DNA of 64,000 nucleotides from the human T2T-CHM13v2.0 reference genome, Homo sapiens (GCF_009914755.1 NC_060933.1); one strand, 5' to 3'. Positions 11,281 through 25,353 are shown, numbered from the stretch's first letter. Program-made: numbers and translations. Notes: a model not told the origin generated them from the letters alone.

Positions 11281-11348
11281 CTACAGAGGCGACATGGGGG
11301 TCAGGCAAGCTGACACCCGCTGTCCTGAGCCCATGTTCCTCTCCCACA
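11281..11348 (-). ncRNA. MIR6859: MIR6859-family 5'-tailed mirtron hairpin in WASH intron 5
   Basis: - strand TGTGGGAGAGGAACATGGGCTCAGG...CCTGACCCCCATGTCGCCTCTGTAG; arms pair; 3' end coincides with the intron AG. Confidence 0.8.
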
Positions 11349-11519
11349 TCATCAGGGGCACAGCGTGCACTGTGGGGTCCCAGGCCTCCCGAGCCGAGCC
11401 ACCCCAGTCACCCCCTGGCTCCTGGGCTATGTGCTGTACCTGTGTCTGATGCCCTGGGTCCCCACTAAGCCAGGCCGGGCCTCCCGCCCACACCCCTCGG
11501 CCCTGCCCTCTGGCCATAC

Positions 11520-11656
11520 AGGTTCTCGGTGGTGTTGAAGAGCAGCAAGGAGCTGACAGAGCTGATGTTGCTGGGAAGACCCCCAAGTCCCTCTTCTGCA
11601 TCGTCCTCGGGCTCCGGCTTGGTGCTCACGCACACAGGAAAGTCCTTCAGCTTCTC
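11520..11656 (-). CDS. WASHC1: WASH exon 5
   Basis: [45 protein letters not shown](L). Confidence 0.92.
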
Positions 11657-11828
11657 CTGAGAGGGCCAGGATGGCCAAGGGATGGTGAATATTTGGTGCT
11701 GGGCCTAATCAGCTGCCATCCCATCCCAGTCAGCCTCCTCTGGGGGACAGAACCCTATGGTGGCCCCGGCTCCTCCCCAGTATCCAGTCCTCCTGGTGTG
11801 TGACAGGCTATATGCGCGGCCAGCAGAC

Positions 11829-11975
11829 CTGCAGGGCCCGCTCGTCCAGGGGGCGGTGCTTGCTCTGGATCCTGTGGCGGGGGCGTCTCTGCAGGCCAGG
11901 GTCCTGGGCGCCCGTGAAGATGGAGCCATATTCCTGCAGGCGCCCTGGAGCAGGGTACTTGGCACTGGAGAACAC
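11829..11975 (-). CDS. WASHC1: WASH exon 4
   Basis: [49 protein letters not shown]. Confidence 0.92.
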
Positions 11976-12181
11976 CTGTGGACACAGGGACAAGTCTGAG
12001 GGGGCCCCAAGAGGCTCAGAGGGCTAGGATTGCTTGGCAGGAGAGGGTGGAGTTGGAAGCCTGGGCGAGAAGAAAGCTCAAGGTACAGGTGGGCAGCAGG
12101 GCAGAGACTGGGCAGCCTCAGAGGCACGGGGAAATGGAGGGACTGCCCAGTAGCCTCAGGACACAGGGGTATGGGGACTAC

Positions 12182-12293
12182 CTTGATGGCCTTCTTGCTG
12201 CCCTTGATCTTCTCAATCTTGGCCTGGGCCAAGGAGACCTTCTCTCCAATGGCCTGCACCTGGCTCCGGCTCTGCTCTACCTGCTGGGAGATC
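12182..12293 (-). CDS. WASHC1: WASH exon 3
   Basis: [37 protein letters not shown]; AG/GT boundaries. Confidence 0.9.
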
Positions 12294-15200
12294 CTGCCAT
12301 GGAGAAGATCACAGAGGCTGGGCTGCTCCCCACCCTCTGCACACCTCCTGCTTCTAACAGCAGAGCTGCCAGGCCAGGCCCTCAGGCAAGGGCTCTGAAG
12401 TCAGGGTCACCTACTTGCCAGGGCCGATCTTGGTGCCATCCAGGGGGCCTCTACAAGGATAATCTGACCTGCAGGGTCGAGGAGTTGACGGTGCTGAGTT
12501 CCCTGCACTCTCAGAAGGGACAGGCCCTATGCTGCCACCTGTACATGCTATCTGAAGGACAGCCTCCAGGGCACACAGAGGATGGTATTTACACATGCAC
12601 ACATGGCTACTGATGGGGCAAGCACTTCACAACCCCTCATGATCACGTGCAGCAGACAATGTGGCCTCTGCAGAGGGGGAACGGAGACCGGAGGCTGAGA
12701 CTGGCAAGGCTGGACCTGAGTGTCGTCACCTAAATTCAGACGGGGAACTGCCCCTGCACATAGTGAACGGCTCACTGAGCAAACCCCGAGTCCCGACCAC
12801 CGCCTCAGTGTGGTCTAGCTCCTCACCTGCTTCCATCCTCCCTGGTGCGGGGTGGGCCCAGTGATATCAGCTGCCTGCTGTTCCCCAGATGTGCCAAGTG
12901 CATTCTTGTGTGCTTGCATCTCATGGAACGCCATTTCCCCAGACATCCCTGTGGCTGGCTCCTGATGCCCGAGGCCCAAGTGTCTGATGCTTTAAGGCAC
13001 ATCACCCCACTCATGCTTTTCCATGTTCTTTGGCCGCAGCAAGGCCGCTCTCACTGCAAAGTTAACTCTGATGCGTGTGTAACACAACATCCTCCTCCCA
13101 GTCGCCCCTGTAGCTCCCCTACCTCCAAGAGCCCAGCCCTTGCCCACAGGGCCATACTCCACGTGCAGAGCAGCCTCAGCACTCACCGGGCACGAGCGAG
13201 CCTGTGTGGTGCGCAGGGATGAGAAGGCAGAGGCGCGACTGGGGTTCATGAGGAAGGGCAGGAGGAGGGTGTGGGATGGTGGAGGGGTTTGAGAAGGCAG
13301 AGGCGCGACTGGGGTTCATGAGGAAAGGGAGGGGGAGGATGTGGGATGGTGGAGGGGCTGCAGACTCTGGGCTAGGGAAAGCTGGGATGTCTCTAAAGGT
13401 TGGAATGAATGGCCTAGAATCCGACCCAATAAGCCAAAGCCACTTCCACCAACGTTAGAAGGCCTTGGCCCCCAGAGAGCCAATTTCACAATCCAGAAGT
13501 CCCCGTGCCCTAAAGGGTCTGCCCTGATTACTCCTGGCTCCTTGTGTGCAGGGGGCTCAGGCATGGCAGGGCTGGGAGTACCAGCAGGCACTCAAGCGGC
13601 TTAAGTGTTCCATGACAGACTGGTATGAAGGTGGCCACAATTCAGAAAGAAAAAAGAAGAGCACCATCTCCTTCCAGTGAGGAAGCGGGGCCACCACCCA
13701 GCGTGTGCTCCATCTTTTCTGGCTGGGGAGAGGCCTTCATCTGCTGTAAAGGGTCCTCCAGCACAAGCTGTCTTAATTGACCCTAGTTCCCAGGGCAGCC
13801 TCGTTCTGCCTTGGGTGCTGACACGACCTTCGGTAGGTGCATAAGCTCTGCATTCGAGGTCCACAGGGGCAGTGGGAGGGAACTGAGACTGGGGAGGGAC
13901 AAAGGCTGCTCTGTCCTGGTGCTCCCACAAAGGAGAAGGGCTGATCACTCAAAGTTGCGAACACCAAGCTCAACAATGAGCCCTGGAAAATTTCTGGAAT
14001 GGATTATTAAACAGAGAGTCTGTAAGCACTTAGAAAAGGCCACGGTGAGTCCCAGGGGCCAGCACTGCTCGAAATGTACAGCATTTCTCTTTGTAACAGG
14101 ATTATTAGCCTGCTGTGCCCGGGGAAAACATGCACCACAGCGCATCTCGAGTCAGCAGGATTTTGACGGCTTCTAACAAAATCTTGTAGACAAGATGGAG
14201 CTATGGGGGTTGGAGGAGAGAACATATAGGAAAAATCAGAGCCAAATGAACCACAGCCCCAAAGGGCACAGTTGAACAATGGACTGATTCCAGCCTTGCA
14301 CGGAGGGATCTGGCAGAGTCCATCCAGTTCATTCAACACCTGGTTAGAAAACTGGGGCCAGCACACAGGGGAAGGGTAAGCTGGTTTCATGATCGAATCA
14401 AGGCTCAGACAATTTTTAAAGGCCAGAGGGTAGACTGCAATCACCAAGATGAAATTTACAAGGAAGAAATGTGAAGCCCAACATTTAGGTTTTAAAAATC
14501 AAGCGTATAAATACAGAAGGTGGAGAGAACTTGCTTTAGACACAGTTCAGGTGAAGAAAGACCTGGAAACTTCTGTTAACTATAAGCTCAGTAGGGGCTA
14601 AAAGCATGTTAATCGGCATAAAAAGGCAATGAGATCTTAGGGCACACAGCTCCCCGCCCCTCTTCTGCCCTTCATCCTTCTTTCAATCAGCAGGGACCGT
14701 GCACTCTCTTGGAGCCACCACAGAAAACAGAGGTGCATCCAGCACCACAGAAAACAGAGCCACCACAGAAAACAGAGGGTGACTGTCATCCCCTCCAGTC
14801 TCTGCACACTCCCAGCTGCAGCAGAGCAGGAGGAGAGAGCACAGCCTGCAATGCTAATTTGCCAGGAGCTCACCTGCCTGCGTCACTGGGCACAGACGCC
14901 AGTGAGGCCAGAGGCCGGGCTGTGCTGGGGCCTGAGCTGGGTGGTGGGGAGAGAGTCTCTCCCCTGCCCCTGTCTCTTCCGTGCAGGAGGAGCATGTTTA
15001 AGGGGACGGGTTCAAAGCTGGTCACATCCCCACCGAAAAAGCCCATGGACAACGAAAAGCCCACTAGCTTGTCCAGTGCCACAGGAGGGGCAAGTGGAGG
15101 AGGAGAGGTGGCGGTGCTCCCCACTCCACTGCCAGTCGTCACTGGCTCTCCCTTCCCTTCATCCTCGTTCCCTATCTGTCACCATTTCCTGTCGTCGTTT

Positions 15201-18200
15201 CCTCTGAATGTCTCACCCTGCCCTCCCTGCTTGCAAGTCCCCTGTCTGTAGCCTCACCCCTGTCGTATCCTGACTACAATAACAGCTTCTGGGTGTCCCT
15301 GGCATCCACTCTCTCTCCCTTCTTGTCCCTTCCGTGACGGATGCCTGAGGAACCTTCCCCAAACTCTTCTGTCCCATCCCTGCCCTGCTCAAAATCCAAT
15401 CACAGCTCCCTAACACGCCTGAATCAACTTGAAGTCCTGTCTTGAGTAATCCGTGGGCCCTAACTCACTCATCCCAACTCTTCACTCACTGCCTTGCCCC
15501 ACACCCTGCCAGGGAGCCTCCCGTGGCACCGTGGGGACACAAAGGAACCAGGGCAAAGCTCCCTCAGCCCCATTCAAAGAGGCCTGGCCCACAGGCTCAC
15601 GGAAAGTCAGCCTCTCATGCCCCAAGAGCTGAGTGCAAGGGAGAGGCAGCGCTGTCTGTGCTTCCCATGCAGAAGCACCCCCCTCCCACCCCTGTGCAGG
15701 CCGGCCTTCGCGGCAGACCACCATACACCACGTTCCAAGCCACACTGAGGCCTCCCTCCAAGCCTGCAGCCCCCATTTCCAGACCCTGCCAGGGCAACCT
15801 GCATATCCACCTCCCTACCCTGCCCCCCTCTTCCAGGAGTCTGCCCTATGTGGAGTAAGCACGTGGTTTTCCTCTTCAGCAACTATTTCCTTTTTACTCA
15901 AGCAATGGCCCCATTTCCCTTGGGGAATCCATCTCTCTCGCAGGCTTAGTCCCAGAGCTTCAGGTGGGGCTGCCCACAGAGCTCCTCAGTCTAAGCCAAG
16001 TGGTGTGTCATAGTCCCCTGGCCCCATTAATGGATTCTGGGATAGACATGAGGACCAAGCCAGGTGGGATGGGTGAGTGTGGCTTCTGGAGGAAGCGGGG
16101 ACACAGGACAGCATTCTTTCCTGCTGGACCTGACCCTGTGTCATGTCACCTTGCTACCACGAGAGCATGGCCTGTCTGGGAATGCAGCCAGACCCAAAGA
16201 AGCAAACTGACATGGAAGGAAAGCAAAACCAGGCCCTGAGGACATCATTTTAGCCCTTACTCCGAAGGCTGCTCTACTGATTGGTTAATTTTTGCTTAGC
16301 TTGGTCTGGGGAGTTCTGACAGGCGTGCCACCAATTCTTACCGATTTCTCTCCACTCTAGACCCTGAGAAGCCCACGCGGTTCATGCTAGCAATTAACAA
16401 TCAATCTCGCCCTATGTGTTCCCATTCCAGCCTCTAGGACACAGTGGCAGCCACATAATTGGTATCTCTTAAGGTCCAGCACGAGGTGGAGCACATGGTG
16501 GAGAGACAGATGCAGTGACCTGGAACCCAGGAGTGAGGGAGCCAGGACTCAGGCCCAAGGCTCCTGAGAGGCATCTGGCCCTCCCTGCGCTGTGCCAGCA
16601 GCTTGGAGAACCCACACTCAATGAACGCAGCACTCCACTACCCAGGAAATGCCTTCCTGCCCTCTCCTCATCCCATCCCTGGGCAGGGGACATGCAACTG
16701 TCTACAAGGTGCCAAGTACCAGGACAGGAAAGGAAAGACGCCAAAAATCCAGCGCTGCCCTCAGAGAAGGGCAACCACGCAGTCCCCATCTTGGCAAGGA
16801 AACACAATTTCCGAGGGAATGGTTTTGGCCTCCATTCTAAGTGCTGGACATGGGGTGGCCATAATCTGGAGCTGATGGCTCTTAAAGACCTGCATCCTCT
16901 TCCCTAGGTGTCCCTCGGGCACATTTAGCACAAAGATAAGCACAAAAGGTGCATCCAGCACTTTGTTACTATTGGTGGCAGGTTTATGAATGGCAACCAA
17001 AGGCAGTGTACGGGTCAAGATTATCAACAGGGAAGAGATAGCATTTCCTGAAGGCTTCCTAGGTGCCAGGCACTGTTCCATTCCTTTGCATGTTTTGATT
17101 AATTTAATATTTAAAATAATTCTACCAGGAAGCTACCATTATTACCACAACTTCACAAATGAGAACACCGAGGCTTAGAGGGGTTGGGTTGCCCAAGGTT
17201 ACAGAGGAAGAAAACAGGGGAGCTGGATCTGAGCCAAGGCATCAACTCCAAGGTAACCCCTCAGTCACTTCACTGTGTGTCCCCTGGTTACTGAGACATT
17301 CTTGACAAACTCGGGGCAAGCCGGTGAGTCAGTGGGGGAGGACTTTCAGGAAGAGGTGGGTTCCCAGTTGGTGACAGAAGAGGAGGCTGCAAAGTGAAGG
17401 AGCAGGGGCTCCAGGTCTGGCGACAACCAGGGAAGGGACAGGGCAGGGATGGCTTGGACCACGAGAGGCACCTGAGTCAGGCAGTCACATACTTCCCACT
17501 GGGGTCTACCATGTGAGACATGGTGTGGGATCCTGGGAAGGAGACCAAGCCTCATTTCAGTTTGCTTATGGCCAAAGACAGGACCTGTGTACCCGACAAC
17601 CCCTGGGACCTTTACCAAAAAAACAGCAAACACCATTCACTCACTCATGTTAGATAAACACTGAGTGAAGTCACTGGAGCCCAAGGACTGTGCGAGGTCA
17701 GCACTGCCAATACAAGAAGCTGCAGCCCTCCAGCTCGCCTCCCTCAATGGCCACTCCGTGCTCCAGCCATGCTGGCTTCCTTTTAGGTCCTCCACCTCCA
17801 GGCTGTAGTTCATGTGCTTCTTTCTGGAATGTTCTTCCCAACCTACCCACTCAACCCTCAGACTTTACCATAAATGTCATTTCCTCACATCTGCCTTCCC
17901 TGACCTGAGACCAAGCCAGGCTTCCCATGACGAGCCTCACAGTACCCCATCTCCCCTGAACAGATGCAGTAATAACCTACATAACCCGGGGCCATGATCT
18001 ATGGCTTTGAATCCTGGCTCTGTCACTAGGCCAGGTCTCTCAGCCCTTCTGTGCCTCAGTTTCCTCATCTATAAAATGAGATGACGGCAGTGCCTGCTCA
18101 TGAAGTGTGAGTTAATGCACTCAAATCAATGGTTGTGCACGGTTTATATGAATATTAGTGATTACAAAATATTATCAATAGACCTTGTCACAACTGTTAT

Positions 18201-18651
18201 TGAAGAACTAATCATCTATTGCTTATTTAGGTCTTTCTCTCCTGCCAGAATGTGCGCTCCAGGTGGAGAGGTATGTTGCCTTATCCGTGGCTGGATATAT
18301 AGAGATTCCCACACTGCCTTGCACACGAGCACTGCTGGGTAAATATTTGTTGGCTGCAGGAAAACGTGAAGGAATAGGCCCTCCAATGGGAGGAAAAGCA
18401 TGAGTTGTGAGAGCAGAGCCACCACAGGAAACCAGGAGGCTAAGTGGGGTGGAAGGGAGTGAGCTCTCGGACTCCCAGGAGTAAAAGCTTCCAAGTTGGG
18501 CTCTCACTTCAGCCCCTCCCACACAGGGAAGCCAGATGGGTTCCCCAGGACCGGGATTCCCCAAGGGGGCTGCTCCCAGAGGGTGTGTTGCTGGGATTGC
18601 CCAGGACAGGGATGGCCCTCTCATCAGGTGGGGGTGAGTGGCAGCACCCAC

Positions 18652-18800
18652 CTGCTGAAGATGTCTCCAGAGACCTTCTGCAGGTACTGCAGGGCATCCG
18701 CCATCTGCTGGACGGCCTCCTCTCGCCGCAGGTCTGGCTGGATGAAGGGCACGGCATAGGTCTGACCTGCCAGGGAGTGCTGCATCCTCACAGGAGTCAT
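18652..18800 (-). CDS. WASHC1: WASH coding exon 2 (ATG at 18800; exon 18652-18805)
   Basis: [50 protein letters not shown]; Kozak-like GCACCATGA; GTGGGT donor. Confidence 0.93.
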
Positions 18801-20704
18801 GGTGCCTGTGGGTCGGAGCCGGAGCGTCAGAGCCACCCACGACCAACGGCACGCCCCCACCACAGGGCAGCGTGGTGTTGAGACAACACAGCCCTCATCC
18901 CAACTATGCACATAGCTTCAGCCTGCACAGATAGGGGAGTAGGGGACAGAGCATTTGCTGAGAGGCCAGGAGCGCATAGATGGGACTCTGCTGATGCCTG
19001 CTGAGTGAATGAGGGAAAGGGCAGGGCCCGGGACTGGGGAATCTGTAGGGTCAATGGAGGAGTTCAGAGAAGGTGCAACATTTCTGACCCCCTACAAGGT
19101 GCTTGCTACCTGCCAGGCACCCTTTCCATACCTTGTCTCAGTTCAGCTCCCCACCTTGGATAAACAAGAAACCTTGGTTGCAGAGGAAAAAAGAGGCTGG
19201 AAACAAAGGGGTAGAAATGGGGTAGCAGGGGAGATTGCCTGATCAACTGCCAAATGGTACACAGTTCTGGAAAAGCACAAAAAATGTGCACACACGGGTT
19301 CTTCCCACTTTAACCCCTGAGGAATCTGAGGCCTGCTCCTGAAACAGACTGGGCAGTGGCTAGTGACTCTAGGTATAGGAGTATCCAGCCCTGCTCACCC
19401 AGGCTAGAGCTTAGGGGGACAAGAGGAAAGAGGTGCCTGTGGGGGTGGAGGACAGGAAGGAAAAACACTCCTGGAATTGCAAAGTGAGGGCAGAGTCTAT
19501 TTATATTGGGTTTAATTAACTCCTCTCCCTGGTGCCACTAAAGCAGCAATCACACTGCAGACAGCACTGATTTGATTGGCAAGAGATGCACCAGGCAGAA
19601 TATTAAGGGACCAGGCCCCTATAAATAGGCCTAATCACAGCCCCTCACTGGAAAATGGTAAGGAAGACATTAATCAGGCCTGGCACTGTGCCCTAGACCT
19701 GCTCCCCTAGGCACTACAGTGGGGCCCTTGGTTGCAACACAAGTAGGTATGGATGGATGAGTGTGGCATGAAGGGCCTAGGAGATTTCACTTGGGTTTAA
19801 AATGCTGTGACCTTGAGTAAGTTGCCGTCTCTGAATCTGATCCTTTCGATTTCCCATTCTCCAAACTGAGAACTAGCACTGCTGAGACGTGGTTATTTCC
19901 AATAATAATTTGTATATTTTACATAACGCACCACACCAACATCTTCACCCAGTTGGAGCCTACTCCTTTGCTCCCGCTGCTGGCTTCCCCAGCCCTCCCT
20001 TCTGCCCTCCTCAGGCCAGCACTTTTCAGTGAGTTCCTCCTTTGCATACAGGCTTTCCAGATCTGTACTTGCCTTGAATACTCATCAGAGCCCAGGAGTT
20101 ACTCCTCACCTCCCACTTATTTTTCCTCCCATCAAATAACTAAAGCATGGCCAGCTGATGCCCAGCCAACTGAGAAACCCAACCCTCTGAGACCAGCACA
20201 CCCCTTTCAAGCATGTTCCTCCCTCCCCTTCTTTGTATTTATACTGATGCAAGTTTGCTGGCTGTCCTAACTTATTTCTGTGCCTCAGTTCTCCCATATG
20301 TAAGATCACAAAGGGGGTAAAGATGCAAGATATTTCCTGTGCACATCTTCAGATGAATTTCTTGTTAGTGTGTGTGTGTTTGCTCACACATATGCGTGAA
20401 AGAAGAGTACATACACAGATCTCCTCAAAAAGGAGGCAGCAAGCCCGTTCAAGAATGGGACTGAATACACCTGATGAGTGGTTTACTTTCTGTCTGCAAA
20501 CATCTACTGATCATCTGTTAGGTGCAGGCCATGATCACAACAAAGACGAATAAGACACTACACTAGCCAGGGAGAGTCTCAAAAACAACTAAACTCAAAT
20601 TAAATTCATTCTACTCCAGTCATGGGTACAAAGCTAAGGAGTGACAAATCCCTCTTGGAGTTAGGGGAGTCAGGAAAAAGCTCTTAGCAGAATGTGTGCC
20701 TCTC

Positions 20705-21143
<439 letters not shown>

Positions 21144-22619
21144 TCAAAATTAAAGCTAGGAGTTTGGACTTGTGGCAGGAATGAAATCCTTAGACCTGTG
21201 CTGTCCAATATGGTAGCCACCAGGCACATGCAGCCACTGAGCACTTGAAATGTGGATAGTCTGAATTGAGATGTGCCATAAGTGTAAAATATGCACCAAA
21301 TTTCAAAGGCTAGAAAAAAAGAATGTAAAATATCTTATTATTTTATATTGATTACATGCTAAAATAACCATATTTGGGATATACTGGATTTTAAAAATAT
21401 ATCACTAATTTCATCTGTTTCTTTTTACTTTTAGAAATCACATATGTGACTTAAATATTTCTTTTCTTTTTCTTTCCTCTCACTCAGCGTCCTGTGATTC
21501 CAAAGAAATGAGTCTCTGCTGTTTTTGGGCAGCAGATATCCTAGAATGGACTCTGACCTAAGCATCAAAATTAATCATCATAACGTTATCATTTTATGGC
21601 CCCTTCTTCCTATATCTGGTAGCTTTTAAATGATGACCATGTAGATAATCTTTATTGTCCCTCTTTCAGCAGACGGTATTTTCTTATGCTACAGTATGAC
21701 TGCTAATAATACCTACACATGTTAGAACCATTCTGACTCCTCAAGAATCTCATTTAACTCTTATTATCAGTGAATTTATCATCATCCCCTATTTTACATA
21801 AGGAAATGGGGTTAGAAAGACCAAATAACATTTTTTCAACATCAAAACACTAGCTTGAGATCAAGCCCAGACTTGGATCTGTCGTCTGAATTCCAAGCTT
21901 TTTGTTATTTATTGATATGTTTTGTTGTTTTCATGCAATAATGCAAATATTAGCCCAAACATTTTGTTAGTAGTACCAACTGTAAGTCACCTTATCTTCA
22001 TACTTTGTCTTTATGTAAACCTAAATTAGATCTGTTTTTGATACTGAGGGAAAAACAAGGGAATCTAACACTAACCAGCCCGTAGTGTGTGGTCAACACT
22101 TTCGTTACTTTAGTATACATCACCCCAATTGTTTGTCTTCACCACACACTTTGGAGTTAGGTAGTAGTATCTATTTTTACAAATAAGAAAACCCAGGCAC
22201 AAAGGGGTTGATTAGCAATTATCTTTTGAAAAGCCTGTAGTTGCTCATCTGAAGAAGTGACGGACCACCTCTTATTTAGTGGACAGACAGTAACTAGTTG
22301 AGAAGACAGGGGATTTTGTTGGCGGAAAAAAAATTTTATCAAAAGTCGTCTTCTATCAGGGAGTTTTATGAGAAACCCTAGCTCCTCAGTTCCACAGTGG
22401 GTAACTGTAATTCATTCTAGGTCTGCGATATTTCCTGCCTATCCATTTTGTTAACTCTTCAATGCATTCCACAAATACCTAAGTATTCTTTAATAATGGT
22501 GGGTTTTTTTTTTTTTTTTGCATCTATGAAGTTTTTTCAAATTCTTTTTAAGTGACAAAACTTGTACATGTGTATCGCTCAATATTTCTAGTCGACAGCA
22601 CTGCTTTCGAGAATGTAAA

Positions 22620-23730
22620 CCGTGCACTCCCAGGAAAATGCAGACACAGCACGCCTCTTTGGGACCGCGGTTTATACTTTCGAAGTGCTCGGAGCCCTTC
22701 CTCCAGACCGTTCTCCCACACCCCGCTCCAGGGTCTCTCCCGGAGTTACAAGCCTCGCTGTAGGCCCCGGGAACCCAAAGCGGTGTCAGAGAAGTGGGGT
22801 CCCCTACGAGGGACCAGGAGCTCCGGGCGGGCAGCAGCTGCGGAAGAGCCGCGCGAGGCTTCCCAGAACCCGGCAGGGGCGGGAAGACGCAGGAGTGGGG
22901 AGGCGGAACCGGGACCCCGCAGAGCCCGGGTCCCTGCGCCCCACAAGCCTTGGCTTCCCTGCTAGGGCCGGGCAAGGCCGGGTGCAGGGCGCGGCTCCAG
23001 GGAGGAAGCTCCGGGGCGAGCCCAAGACGCCTCCCGGGCGGTCGGGGCCCAGCGGCGGCGTTCGCAGTGGAGCCGGGCACCGGGCAGCGGCCGCGGAACA
23101 CCAGCTTGGCGCAGGCTTCTCGGTCAGGAACGGTCCCGGGCCTCCCGCCCGCCTCCCTCCAGCCCCTCCGGGTCCCCTACTTCGCCCCGCCAGGCCCCCA
23201 CGACCCTACTTCCCGCGGCCCCGGACGCCTCCTCACCTGCGAGCCGCCCTCCCGGAAGCTCCCGCCGCCGCTTCCGCTCTGCCGGAGCCGCTGGGTCCTA
23301 GCCCCGCCGCCCCCAGTCCGCCCGCGCCTCCGGGTCCTAACGCCGCCGCTCGCCCTCCGCTGCGCCCTCCCCGAGCGCGGCTCCAGGACCCCGTCGACCC
23401 GGAGCGCTGTCCTGTCGGGCCGAGTCGCGGGCCTGGGCACGGAACTCACGCTCACTCCGAGCTCCCGACGTGCACACGGCTCCCATCCGTTGTCTTCCGA
23501 GCGTCAGGCCGCCCCTACCCGTGCTTTCTGCTCTGCAGACCCTCTTCCTAGACCTCCGTCCTTTGTCCCATCGCTGCCTTCCCCTCAAGCTCAGGGCCAA
23601 GCTGTCCGCCAACCTCGGCTCCTCCGGGCAGCCCTCGCCCGGGGTGCGCCCCGGGGCAGGACCCCCAGCCCACGCCCAGGGCCCGCCCCTGCCCTCCAGC
23701 CCTACGCCTTGACCCGCTTTCCTGCGTCTC
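22620..23730. promoter_or_regulatory. CpG island, bidirectional promoter (WASH - / MIR1302 host gene +)
   Basis: Very high GC and CpG density; ETS-like CCGGAAG (23252) and CTTCCG (23271); GC boxes; divergent first exons. Confidence 0.88.
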
Positions 23731-24258
23731 TCAGCCTACCTGACCTTGTCTTTACCTCTGTGGGCAGCTCCCTTGTGATCTGCTTAGTTCCCACCCCCCT
23801 TTAAGAATTCAATAGAGAAGCCAGACGCAAAACTACAGATATCGTATGAGTCCAGTTTTGTGAAGTGCCTAGAATAGTCAAAATTCACAGAGACAGAAGC
23901 AGTGGTCGCCAGGAATGGGGAAGCAAGGCGGAGTTGGGCAGCTCGTGTTCAATGGGTAGAGTTTCAGGCTGGGGTGATGGAAGGGTGCTGGAAATGAGTG
24001 GTAGTGATGGCGGCACAACGGTGTGAATCTACTTAATCCCACTGAACTGTATGCTGAAAAATGGTTTAGACGGTGAATTTTAGGTTATGTATGTTTTACC
24101 ACAATTTTTAAAAAGCTAGTGAAAAGCTGGTAAAAAGAAAGAAAAGAGGCTTTTTTAAAAAGTTAAATATATAAAAAGAGCATCATCAGTCCAAAGTCCA
24201 GCAGTTGTCCCTCCTGGAATCCGTTGGCTTGCCTCCGGCATTTTTGGCCCTTGCCTTT

Positions 24259-24448
24259 TAGGGTTGCCAGATTAAAAGACAGGATGCCCAGCTAGTTTGA
24301 ATTTTAGATAAACAACGAATAATTTCGTAGCATAAATATGTCCCAAGCTTAGTTTGGGACATACTTATGCTAAAAAACATTATTGGTTGTTTATCTGAGA
24401 TTCAGAATTAAGCATTTTATATTTTATTTGCTGCCTCTGGCCACCCTA
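24259..24448. mobile_element. MER53 palindromic DNA-transposon MITE (source of miR-1302)
   Basis: TIRs TAGGGTTGCCAGA / TCTGGCCACCCTA with internal palindrome. Confidence 0.8.
24282..24419 (+). ncRNA. MIR1302-9: miR-1302 precursor
   Basis: Hairpin TAGCATAAATATGTCCCAA...TTGGGACATACTTATGCTA; mature TTGGGACATACTTATGCTAAA at 24354-24374. Confidence 0.85.
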
Positions 24449-24611
24449 CTCTCTTCCTAACACTCTCTCCCTCTCCCAGTTTTGTCCGCCTTCCCTGCCT
24501 CCTCTTCTGGGGGAGTTAGATCGAGTTGTAACAAGAACATGCCACTGTCTCGCTGGCTGCAGCGTGTGGTCCCCTTACCAGAGGTAAAGAAGAGATGGAT
24601 CTCCACTCATG

Positions 24612-24778
24612 TTGTAGACAGAATGTTTATGTCCTCTCCAAATGCTTATGTTGAAACCCTAACCCCTAATGTGATGGTATGTGGAGATGGGCCTTTGGTA
24701 GGTAATTACGGTTAGATGAGGTCATGGGGTGGGGCCCTCATTATAGATCTGGTAAGAAAAGAGAGCATTGTCTCTGTG

Positions 24779-24814
<36 letters not shown>

Positions 24815-25050
24815 CTCTCTATCTCATTTCTCTCTCTCTCTCTATCTCATTTTTCTCTCTCTCTCTTTCTCTCCTCTGTCTTTTCCCACCAAGTGAGGAT
24901 GCGAAGAGAAGGTGGCTGTCTGCAAACCAGGAAGAGAGCCCTCACCAGGAACCTGTCCAGCTGCCACCTTGAACTTGGACTTCCAAGCCTCCAGAACTGT
25001 GAGGGATAAATGTATGATTTTAAAGTCGCCCAGTGTGTGGTATTTTGTTT
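24612..25050 (+). mobile_element. MLT1-type LTR with an internal (CT)n tract (~24770-24875)
   Basis: LTR motifs (GAAACCCTAACCCCTAATGTGATG, CCTCCAGAACTGTGAG) flank a CT microsatellite. Confidence 0.7.
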
Positions 25051-25353
25051 TGACTAATACAACCTGAAAACATTTTCCCCTCACTCCACCTGAGCAATAT
25101 CTGAGTGGCTTAAGGTACTCAGGACACAACAAAGGAGAAATGTCCCATGCACAACGTGCACCCATGCCTGGGTAAAGCAGCCTGGCACAGAGGGAAGCAC
25201 ACAGGCTCAGGGATCTGCTATTCATTCTTTGTGTGACCCTGGGCAAGCCATGAATGGAGCTTCAGTCACCCCATTTGTAATGGGATTTAATTGTGCTTGC
25301 CCTGCCTCCTTTTGAGGGCTGTAGAGAAAAGATGTCAAAGTATTTTGTAATCT

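Larger units (their letters stand above)
23470..25020 (+). ncRNA. MIR1302-9HG: MIR1302 host lncRNA (exons ~23470-23955, 24480-24583, 24894-~25020)
   Basis: GT at 23956 and 24584, AG at 24478-79 and 24892-93; structure recognised from the paralogous subtelomeric locus; ends approximate. Confidence 0.6.

Noticed and set aside
9419-12613. Plus-strand 200+ aa ORFs in the WASH gene
   Set aside because: Antisense shadows of GC-rich coding exons
22490-23804. 203-336 aa ORFs over the CpG island
   Set aside because: Low stop frequency in very GC-rich DNA; Pro/Arg/Gly-rich with no recognisable domain
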